A program made the translations under genes and the position numbers. From Oscillospiraceae bacterium (GTDB lineage Bacteria > Bacillota > Clostridia > Oscillospirales > Acutalibacteraceae), in the NCBI GenBank assembly GCA_902761265.1, contig CACWJV010000044.1, positions 1 through 30,750 of the forward strand: 30,750 bases of DNA, written 5' to 3'. This document shows positions 1-10,350 of this stretch, piece by piece; the stretch's first letter is position 1; each line of letters starts with the position of its first letter. The notes under the pieces were generated by a model. That model was not told where the DNA came from. It ran no database searches and was given only the letters and a program-made list of their open reading frames with translations.

Positions 1-2491
<2,491 letters not shown>

Positions 2492-2511
2492 TTATCCTTT
2501 CGGTGAAGCAT

Positions 2512-3068
2512 TTAAAAGCGGATCAAAAACAGGAGCAAGCCTGCCAGCGCGCAAAGGAACGTGATTCCCCAGCGTTCGAGATAAGCGCCGATATAGCAAC
2601 CGAGAAAACCGGGAGCGAAAATGATTTTTTGAAACAGATTGCCCTCACGGTAGATCTTTTCTTTCATATTCAGCGCATCCTCGATCGACGGATAGCTGTT
2701 GACATACAGCGAAAACGCAAACCAGTAGGCCACGATGTTCACCGCCGTCACGATCGGGTTGCTCATATGGAACACAAAGGTGCCGAGCACGGGACCGATG
2801 GCGAGCAGCAGCGCGAGCACCGCGTTGAACAGCGCCGGCACAAATCCGATGGCAAACGCGCCGCCGGCTTTCGGGAAAAGCTCATGTTCAATATGGGAAC
2901 ACAGCTCGTCACGCCTCAGCAGACGGGTGTCCTCCATCGGCCGCGCCGCAGCAGACGGGTGTCCTCCATCGGCACGCCGTGGATGCGGCAAACCATCTGT
3001 TCCCACAAACAGCGCACAAACGCACCCGGGAAGGTCAGATATCTTGTCAAAATATAAAATGCCGTCAT
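2512..3068 (-). CDS. Multi-pass membrane protein (~174 aa once a 32-nt duplication is removed); resembles a degenerate TFPGxxxHExxH membrane metalloprotease-like family
   Basis: ATG at 3068 overlaps the upstream TGA (TGATG). Frame 1 reads MTAFYILTRYLTFPGAFVRCLWEQMVCRIHGVPMEDTRLLRR; frame 2 reads PMEDTRLLRRDELCSHIEHE...YPSIEDA...LLLFLIRF. 557-32=525 nt restores one frame. The listed 188-aa ORF N-terminus is spurious. Confidence 0.7.
2910..2973. repeat. Tandem 32-nt direct repeat (30/32 identical) inside a CDS
   Basis: 2910-2941 cacgcctcagcagacgggtgtcctccatcggc vs 2942-2973 cgcgccgcagcagacgggtgtcctccatcggc. Confidence 0.95.
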
Positions 3069-4651
3069 CAGAATTCACCTCCGTCGTCCTGCAGGAGTTC
3101 CACCATTGTGATTTTTCCTTTTTGGAATTGTTTGATCAGTTTGGACGGCGCCATCCCGGCAGAAGCGAGCACCTGCGCCATCTCGTCATAGCCCTCCTGA
3201 TTGTTGCACAGTACGCTGCAAAGCGCGTACAGGTTGCACGAGGACACACTGTAGGCCGGCGTGCCGCGGGAGGTCGTAAAGGACATGTAGTCCTCCATCG
3301 CCTGCATCGCTTTTTCATAGTCGCCCTGCAGCAGATAGCCGACTGCGAACTGCTCCTGATAGGTCGGTGCGGAACCGGCGGACGACGCCAGATGCGCCTT
3401 TGCGTCTTCGGCAACAGCGAGAATTTTTTCGGCGTCGGGTTCCTTTTGGAATCGATAGACGTTGGCCAGCGATTTATAAGCGGCCGCCTCCTGCTTATTG
3501 ATGGCAAGACAGTCCTCCACGTACGCCTTTGTGCCCTCCACGTCGCCCAGCTTGGACGAGAGGTCGGCCATCGTGGACAAATACATCCACGGATGCCTGT
3601 TTTCGTCGAGCTGCTGTACAAGCTGCAGTTGTTTGAGCTGCTTCTCGTTCGGCGCGTTTTGCACATTTAACAGTACATAGCGGTAAAACTCCACGAACGC
3701 GGCGTTATGGACCGGATTGCCGTCCTCGTCCTTTTCCAGTTCGAGCGCCTGCAATTGGGCGTCGCGTTCTTCAAAATCAACGTCGGTCTCGCCGTAATAC
3801 AAAATATCCTGCATAATCTCGTTGATCGCACTCGACGTTTTGGAAAGCGCGGCGTATTCTTCGGTCATCGCAAGATAGGCTTTGTTCCACGGCCGTTTGA
3901 GCGCCTTTTCGCCGAGATAGGTCGTCAACACTTCGTTTGCGTCACCGAGATAACCCATATCCGAAAACGTCTTTGCAAGCTGTTTGACGGCGGTGATGGA
4001 GTACGCGTCCTGGAAACTGGTCAGAGTTTGCAGATCGGCGCCGCTCTTTTGCGAAATATAGGTGGAATAAAGCGCCGCGGCGTCGCTCAACTCACGCGCC
4101 TCATAATGCATTTCCGCCTCCATCAGCGTGCTGTAATCGGCGATATACGTCGCGCTGAAATACAACGCCGCACCTGCGAGCACAAAGGTCAAAAGCAGCA
4201 TCAGCACGGCCGGCACACGCAAGCCGGACGCCTTCATCACCTCGCGGCATTCGGTGCAATAGGGATAGTCCTCCCCAAAGCTCGTATCGCGTCTGCGTTC
4301 GCCGCAGCAGGTACAAAGTTCTTCTTCGGGGATCGCTTCGTCTTCCTGCGGTTCCTCCTGCGTTTCATCCAGCGCCTGAATCAGCGGTTCTTCGCCCGCT
4401 TTGTCCAGCTCCTGCTGCAACAAATCGCGGATGCCCTCCAGCTCCTGCACCAGTGCGTCTTCCATCGCCGGCGCCGCCTCGTTCTGTTGGGACGTTTGCG
4501 CATCGGTTGCCGGTTCTTCCGCCGCCGCTTCGCTCTCCGCCGTAAATTCTCCGGCGGGTTCAAGAACCGCTTCCGGCTCTGTTTTCGTTTCTGCAGGCGT
4601 TTGCAGTGCGTCTTCCTGCAGCGATTGTTCCTTGTTTTCCAACTCGTCCAA
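3068..4651 (-). CDS. Membrane-anchored protein: acidic disordered N-terminus, Cys-rich zinc-ribbon-like motif, one TM helix, helical (TPR-like) C-terminal region
   Basis: 527-aa ORF, TTG start with AGGGAGG RBS; CTCCG...CTEC; hydrophobic VPAVLMLLLTFVLAGAALYF; helical repeats such as AAAYKSLANVYRF and AVGYLLQGDYEKAMQAM. Confidence 0.75.
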   Translation of the reverse strand: MDELENKEQSLQEDALQTPAETKTEPEAVLEPAGEFTAESEAAAEEPATDAQTSQQNEAAPAMEDALVQELEGIRDLLQQELDKAGEEPLIQALDETQEEPQEDEAIPEEELCTCCGERRRDTSFGEDYPYCTECREVMKASGLRVPAVLMLLLTFVLAGAALYFSATYIADYSTLMEAEMHYEARELSDAAALYSTYISQKSGADLQTLTSFQDAYSITAVKQLAKTFSDMGYLGDANEVLTTYLGEKALKRPWNKAYLAMTEEYAALSKTSSAINEIMQDILYYGETDVDFEERDAQLQALELEKDEDGNPVHNAAFVEFYRYVLLNVQNAPNEKQLKQLQLVQQLDENRHPWMYLSTMADLSSKLGDVEGTKAYVEDCLAINKQEAAAYKSLANVYRFQKEPDAEKILAVAEDAKAHLASSAGSAPTYQEQFAVGYLLQGDYEKAMQAMEDYMSFTTSRGTPAYSVSSCNLYALCSVLCNNQEGYDEMAQVLASAGMAPSKLIKQFQKGKITMVELLQDDGGEF

Positions 4652-4797
4652 GAAAATACCTCCCTAAATGAATCAGTTCATTTTATTGTAACACTAAACA
4701 GGGAAAAATGCAACCAAAGCCGCATTTTATCTGTAAAATAATACCCTTTCTGCATCAAATGAAGTTTAATATTCGATATTCGAAATAAGAAGAGCAG

Positions 4798-4835
4798 CAG
4801 AAAGGCCATGCTCGTCACATGGCCTTTCTGTTTTT
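4798..4835. terminator. Intrinsic terminator-like hairpin downstream of noc
   Basis: 13-bp inverted repeat cagaaaggccatg / catggcctttctg with 7-nt loop; T-run on + side, weaker tttctg on - side. Confidence 0.6.
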
Positions 4836-4896
4836 GGGGGGTGTGAAAGAGAAAGATAGGATCTATCATAACACGGTTGCCCGTGCCGACAGCATT

Positions 4897-5706
4897 TCAG
4901 CCCGACGTTCGTTGCGCGGCTGTTTTCGGAATCCGGATCTCATAGATGAAGTCGTTCTCGTTTTCCGTGCGCTGCATCTGCGCGTCGATCCCGGCGCTTT
5001 TCATTGTGTCGAACGCATGGTCGATCGTATTCAAAAAGATGCGCACATCACTGAACAGCCGCTTTGTCGTCCGTTTTGCCGGACTTTTCTGTGCCAGAAA
5101 GTCCGCCACCAGCTTTTCCGTCTGTGCAACATTAAGCTGACGCGCAATGACCTTTTCCAGCACCGGCAGCACGTCTGCCGCGTCCAGCCGCAGCAGGGCG
5201 CGTGCGTGCCGTTCGGAGAGTCCGTGCTCCGCCAGCAGCAACTGCGCCTGCCCCGGGAGCGACAGCAGCCGCAGTTTGTTGGAGATTGTTGACGGCGCTT
5301 TGCCCAGCCGCCGGGCAGCCTCCTCCTGCGACAGACCGAAAGACTGCATGAGCTGCTCAATCGCCAGCGCTTCTTCAAAATAGCCGAGGTTTTGCCGCTG
5401 CAGATTTTCGATCAGCGAAAAGATCGCCGATTTCATCTCGTTGACGTCCACCACAATGCACGGAACCATCGCCATTCCGGCCAGACGCGACGCACGCAGC
5501 CGCCGTTCGCCGGACACCAGTTCATATCCATTTTCGCACGCGCGCACCGTGATCGGCTGCAGAATGCCGTTCATGCGGATGCTGATTGCCAGATTGACCA
5601 GTTCACTCTGGTCAAAAACGCGCCGCGGCTGGTGCGGATTCGGAACAATTTTTTCCGTCGGAATCAACAAAACCTGCCCTGCCGCACGCGGCTGTTCCTG
5701 AACCAT
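4897..5706 (-). CDS. noc: Nucleoid occlusion protein Noc (ParB family)
   Basis: PNPHQPRR, GERRLRAS (ParB CTPase motif), ENLQRQNL, HTH STISNKLRLL and Noc-type C-terminus DVRIFLNTI...EIRIPK; canonical position after rsmG; ATG 5706 with AGGGAGG RBS. Confidence 0.8.
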   Translation of the reverse strand: MVQEQPRAAGQVLLIPTEKIVPNPHQPRRVFDQSELVNLAISIRMNGILQPITVRACENGYELVSGERRLRASRLAGMAMVPCIVVDVNEMKSAIFSLIENLQRQNLGYFEEALAIEQLMQSFGLSQEEAARRLGKAPSTISNKLRLLSLPGQAQLLLAEHGLSERHARALLRLDAADVLPVLEKVIARQLNVAQTEKLVADFLAQKSPAKRTTKRLFSDVRIFLNTIDHAFDTMKSAGIDAQMQRTENENDFIYEIRIPKTAAQRTSG

Positions 5707-5806
5707 TAGAAAACCTCCCTTTGCTGCATTCATTCTAGCACACAAAGGGAGGCTTGTCCAATATATTTCGTCGACAAAAAGGGGGATGGCGTCTGCGTTT
5801 TCGGCG

Positions 5807-6520
5807 TTATCCGAGCGGAAAACGCGCGATTTTTGCCGAAGGACGCGGATATGGCGCAGGTGTGGGCGACTGTTTTTTGAGCTCCAAAATCGTCCGCTCC
5901 CCCGCCGTTTCCAGTTGCAGCGTGTGGACTTTCTCTACCCTGCCGCCGAGCTGGCCGATTGCTTTCTTTGCCCCGGCCAGTTCTTCCTGCGTTTTGGCGC
6001 TTTTCATCGCAAGAAACCGGCCGCCGACCTTGACGAACGGCAGACAGTATTCTGACAATACAGCAAGATTTGCCACCGCGCGCGCCGTCGCTATATCGTA
6101 TTGTTCCCGATAGGGTCTGCTCTGCCCCGCTTCTTCGGCGCGCTTGTGCAACAGTTCCACATCCAGTTCCAGCTTTTGACTGATATCATCGAGCACCATC
6201 AGCTTCTTTTTGGTACTGTCCAACAGCGTTACACGCAGATCCGGCCGTGCGATTTTGAGCGCAAGACCCGGAAATCCGGCGCCGGTGCCGACGTCGATCA
6301 GCTTTGCGTCCTGCGGAATCTCCACCTTTGCCAGCACGGAAAGACTGTCCGCAAAATGCTTGACACAAATCTCCTGCGGGTCTGTGATGGCGGTCAGGTT
6401 GATCTTTTCGTTCCAATCACACAGCAGCCTCGCATAGCGATCAAACCGTTCGAGCGCCCGGTCGTCCAGCGAAACGCCGAGCGACGCGGCAAGCGCCTTG
6501 AGATAGCTTCGGTCAATCAT
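5807..6520 (-). CDS. rsmG: 16S rRNA m7G527 methyltransferase RsmG (GidB)
   Basis: WNEKINLTAIT, KHFADS, DVGTGAGFPG, ARAVA, YPRPSAKI; follows mnmG. Confidence 0.96.
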   Translation of the reverse strand: MIDRSYLKALAASLGVSLDDRALERFDRYARLLCDWNEKINLTAITDPQEICVKHFADSLSVLAKVEIPQDAKLIDVGTGAGFPGLALKIARPDLRVTLLDSTKKKLMVLDDISQKLELDVELLHKRAEEAGQSRPYREQYDIATARAVANLAVLSEYCLPFVKVGGRFLAMKSAKTQEELAGAKKAIGQLGGRVEKVHTLQLETAGERTILELKKQSPTPAPYPRPSAKIARFPLG

Positions 6521-8260
6521 TGCCCTGTCCCTCCTGCTGCGCGTCCGTCCGGTGCTTTTCGGCGCGTTTTTGCGCCTCCTGTTTGCGCAGATAGATCATC
6601 AGCACCGAAATATCCGCCGGGCTGACGCCCGAAATGCGGCTCGCCTGCCCGAGATTTTGCGGTTTGACCCGGTTCAGCTTTTCCTGCGCTTCCATCCGCA
6701 AACCTGTGATGGTCTGGTAATCCAGCGTTTCATCAAGCTTTTTGCTTTCCAGCCGGCGCATCTCCTGCGCCTGTGCAAACTGGCGTTTGATATAACCTTC
6801 GTATTTGATGGAAATTTCCACCTGTTCGAACACGTCCGCCGGCAGATCCGGTCGATCCGGGTCGAACGGCGCCAGTAATTCATAGCTGAGCTGCGGCCGT
6901 TTGAGCAGTTCCACCAGCCGGCAGCCGGTCTTCATCGGCGATGTTTCACGTGAAACAAGCAGCGCGTTCAGCGCGTCGCTCGGCGCAACACTCACCAGCG
7001 CGACACGCGCTTTTTCCGCTTCGATCAACCGGATCTTTTCCTGCAGCCGCTGATACTTTTTTTCTCCGACAAGCCCGATTTCATAACCGCGGGCGGTCAG
7101 CCGCAGATCGGCGTTATCCTGACGCAGCAGCAGCCGGTATTCCGAGCGCGACGTCATCATGCGGTACGGGTCGGAACAGCCGCGCGTGACCAGATCATCG
7201 ATCAGCGTGCCGATATAGGAGCTGGCGCGGTCGAGGCATAGGCGGTGCGCATGACCTGCACATGCTCGAGACCCGGCACCGTGCGCAGGAGCTTGAGCTG
7301 TACATCTTCAGGCAGCGAGGAGGACATGCCCTGCAGATACATCTCTTCCGTATGTTCGCCGCAGGGTTCGATAAAGATTTGATGGCGTTCCTTTTCGGAA
7401 AAACGCACGATCTTGTCCTCAATGCTCGGGCAATAGCGCGGGCCCTTGCCGTCGATCTTGCCGGAAAATAGGGGAGAGCGGTGCAGATTTTCGAGGATGA
7501 TCCGCTTGGTCTCGCTGTTGGTATAAGTGATGTAGCACGGCAGCTTATTTTGCGGTTGAATCTCTCCGTCAAAGGAAAACGGCACAATATGTGGATCGCC
7601 GTCCTGCCGTTCCAGATTGGAAAAGTCGACGCTTTTGCGATTCACCCGCGCCGGCGTGCCCGTTTTGAACCGCCGGGTCGGCACACCCAGACGTTTGAGC
7701 GACGCGGCAAGCGCCGTCGCGGCAAACATACCGTCCGGGCCGCCGTCATAGGATACATCGCCCACATAGATGCGACCGCCGAGAAACGTACCGGTTGCAA
7801 GGATCACACAATCTGCTTGATAGACTGCTTCCAACCGGGTCAGACATTGCCAGCGGCCGTCGCCGGTTCGGGTCAGATCCACCACTTCCGCCTGGACGAT
7901 TTCCAGTCCGTCCTGCAGCTCCATCACATGCTTCATATATTCGCTGTAGCGCCGCCGGTCGATCTGGGCGCGCAGCGAATGGACGGCCGGGCCTTTGCCC
8001 AAATTCAAAATCCGGCTTTGCAGCGTATTGGCGTCCGCTGCCTTTCCCATCTCGCCGCCGAGCGCATCGATTTCACGCACAAGGTGACCCTTGGACGTGC
8101 CGCCGATCGACGGGTTGCAGGGCATGTTGCCGACCCAGTCCATATTGATAGTAAAGACGCCAACCTGCGCACCGAGCCGTGCGGCAGCCAGACCGGCTTC
8201 AATACCGGCATGGCCGGCGCCGATCACGATGACGTCATAGGATTTTGCAAAGTATTGCAT
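6513..8260 (-). CDS. mnmG: tRNA uridine-5-carboxymethylaminomethyl modification enzyme MnmG (GidA), split by a frameshifting deletion at ~7235
   Basis: ATG 8260 (MQYFAKSYDVIVIGAGHAGIEA) with GGGAGG RBS; GPRYCPSIEDK. First frame breaks after VMRTAYA; second frame resumes LDRASSYIGTLIDDLVTRG...PYRMMTSRSEYRLLLRQDNAD. About 50 conserved residues (IEYD...GQINGTxGYEEAAAQG) are absent. Confidence 0.92.
6942..6957. promoter_or_regulatory. parS centromere site inside the mnmG coding sequence
   Basis: Perfect 16-bp palindrome TGTTTCACGTGAAACA matching the Bacillota parS consensus TGTTNCACGTGAAACA. Confidence 0.85.
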
Positions 8261-8282
8261 AGTGCCTCCCGACGAATGCGCA

Positions 8283-8298
8283 TGTTTCACGTGAAACA
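8283..8298. promoter_or_regulatory. parS centromere site just upstream of mnmG
   Basis: Second identical copy of TGTTTCACGTGAAACA, 22 nt upstream of the mnmG ATG. Confidence 0.88.
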
Positions 8299-8441
8299 CC
8301 GCGCAGTTTCATTGGATAAAAAGAAGGAAAACGATCCGTTGTTCATTTGCGATAAAATAAAGCAACAGAGCGCTATATTTCGATATTAGAATTATATTGA
8401 CACGGCTAAGTCCGCTTTTTTGTTTTTAAATGTCGACAAAT

Positions 8442-9107
8442 TCACTGTCTGTCCTGTAAAACAAGCGGCAGCAGGTCGCCGGCAGCGGCAATGATATGCG
8501 TCGCGTTATGGGCGCGGAATTCTTCTTCGCTGCCGTAGCCGAACAGCACGCCGCAGCTATCAACCCCGGCGCCTGTCGCGCCGTCGAGATCATAGAGCCG
8601 GTCGCCGACCATCAGCACCCGGCGTTTGTCGGCGGCGCCGAGTTTTTCCATACTGCTTTCAATCAGGTCTGTCTTGCTCGCGTGGCGGCTGTCGTCAAAG
8701 GCGGTGCCGGTCACTGCGTCAAACAGATCGGTAATACCGAGATAGCCCATCACATCATAGATCAGCGTCTGCGGTTTGGAAGAAGCGATGCCGAGCCTGA
8801 CGCCGTTGGCGCGCAAAGCTTCCAGCGTTGCAAGCATTCCGGGATAGAGTGCGCATTCATAGATACCCTTTTCCCGGTAGCGGGCGCGGTAGCTTTTGAT
8901 ATAATCGTCTGCGCGGCTTTCCGGCACACCGTAAAAATGGGTAAAGCTGTAGTAAATCGGCGGCCCGATAAATTTGCGCAAATCCTGCAAATCGGGTACC
9001 GGATCGCCCTGATCGAGAAACGCGAACTGCAAGCTTTTGAGGATGCCTTCGCCGGTATCCACAACCGTTCCGTCAAAATCAAAGATTACATAGTCGTATT
9101 TTTTCAT
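8442..9107 (-). CDS. HAD-superfamily hydrolase (phosphoglycolate phosphatase / nucleotidase-like)
   Basis: Motif I DFDGTVVDT, ASSKP, MVGDRLYDLDGA; ATG 9107 with AAGGA RBS. Confidence 0.88.
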   Translation of the reverse strand: MKKYDYVIFDFDGTVVDTGEGILKSLQFAFLDQGDPVPDLQDLRKFIGPPIYYSFTHFYGVPESRADDYIKSYRARYREKGIYECALYPGMLATLEALRANGVRLGIASSKPQTLIYDVMGYLGITDLFDAVTGTAFDDSRHASKTDLIESSMEKLGAADKRRVLMVGDRLYDLDGATGAGVDSCGVLFGYGSEEEFRAHNATHIIAAAGDLLPLVLQDRQ

Positions 9108-9130
9108 AGGTTCCTTTTCTAGATATAAAC

Positions 9131-9158
9131 ACAAATAAGGGCGAACCGCGGTCCGCCC
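9131..9158 (-). terminator. Possible intrinsic terminator after the LCP gene
   Basis: Minus strand gggcgga-ccgcgg-ttcgccc followed by ttatttgt. Confidence 0.45.
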
Positions 9159-9166
9159 ACATTTTC

Positions 9167-10318
9167 TTATCTTAATGCTACCAACTGGAAGGGGATGACA
9201 CGGTCGTCGGCCAGCGTGATGTTGCTCTCACCGTAGATTGCGGTCTGGATCCGTTGGGCGGCAAGCTCAAAATCAATCAGCACAAGCGAAGTCCCGCCAA
9301 TCATACCGGCACGGAATACATCGTCATCCGCAATCGTGGTTTGCTGGATTTCAAAGTTGAGCCAGCCGTTTGCCAACCCTTGCACACCGTAGGAGAGAAT
9401 CTCCATACGCGTCAGATCCGTCTTGACATACTTGAACAGTGTGTCGAGCGCGTTGTTCAACTGGGAGATGCCGGCGCCCTTGGCGGATTCCATCAGCGCC
9501 ATAATGACCTTGCGCTGGCGGCGGGTACGGCTGACGTCAGAGTCGGAATCGCTTTTGCGGATCCGCGCATAGACCAGCGCCTCCCAACCGTCTAGCTTGA
9601 CCGCCGGACCGGATTCGATGGTGTGTACCGTCGTTCGGTTGATATATTCCGCTTCGTAATCCTCAACCTCGATCGTTAAACCGCCCAAAGCGTTGATGAT
9701 ATCGGTAAAGGAGCTGAAATCTACAGCGACGTAGTAGTCGATCTTGACTTTAAAATCGTTTTGGATCGTTTCGATCAACGTTTCCGGCCCGCCATAGAAA
9801 TAGGAGGAGTTGATTTTGCCGTACATATCCTTGCCGCGGGCGTTGATATAGGTCCATGTGTCCCGGAAAAGCGACGTCATGTTGATTTTTTTCGTCTTTT
9901 TGTTGAGCGACAAAATAATCAGCGTATCGCTGCGGCCGCCGTTTTCCAGCGCGTCGGCGGAGTCAAGCCCGATTAAAAGCACGTTGATCACATTTTTGCT
10001 GGAATAGGGCGTACCGCCGTTGTTTGCCCATTTATAAAGATAATCGTTGAGCGAGCCGGCTTGATTGATCGAGTTCATCGCATCGATTTCCTCGTCCTCA
10101 TAGATTTCATCCGTAAACGACGGCGCCGTCTGATTTTGGGCCGAATCTTCGTATTGGATCTTGCTGAGCTTCGCGTTGATATAGCCGATACCTACCGCGA
10201 ATATAACGACAAAGACCGCCAGCAAAAAATATAGATTTTTGGCTCTGCGCCGCTTGTTTGTCCAAAAGAAACGGGCGATGGGATTCCCTTTCTTTTTTTG
10301 AGCAGTTTCACCGTTCAA
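9167..10318 (-). CDS. LCP (LytR-CpsA-Psr) family glycopolymer transferase
   Basis: N-terminal TM helix, NVLLIGLDS, GRSDTLIILS, SLFRDT, KINSSY, ALVYARIRK, DVSRTRRQRKVI. Confidence 0.93.
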   Translation of the reverse strand: MNGETAQKKKGNPIARFFWTNKRRRAKNLYFLLAVFVVIFAVGIGYINAKLSKIQYEDSAQNQTAPSFTDEIYEDEEIDAMNSINQAGSLNDYLYKWANNGGTPYSSKNVINVLLIGLDSADALENGGRSDTLIILSLNKKTKKINMTSLFRDTWTYINARGKDMYGKINSSYFYGGPETLIETIQNDFKVKIDYYVAVDFSSFTDIINALGGLTIEVEDYEAEYINRTTVHTIESGPAVKLDGWEALVYARIRKSDSDSDVSRTRRQRKVIMALMESAKGAGISQLNNALDTLFKYVKTDLTRMEILSYGVQGLANGWLNFEIQQTTIADDDVFRAGMIGGTSLVLIDFELAAQRIQTAIYGESNITLADDRVIPFQLVALR

Positions 10319-10350
10319 CCGGTTCCCTTCTTTCTTTTTCTATGCATCTA

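Noticed and set aside
8261-8299. MFHVKH N-terminal extension of MnmG and the MFHVKQ ORF at 6941
   Set aside because: Both are translations of the parS palindrome (ATGTTTCACGTGAAACA). The real mnmG start is ATG 8260 with its own RBS.
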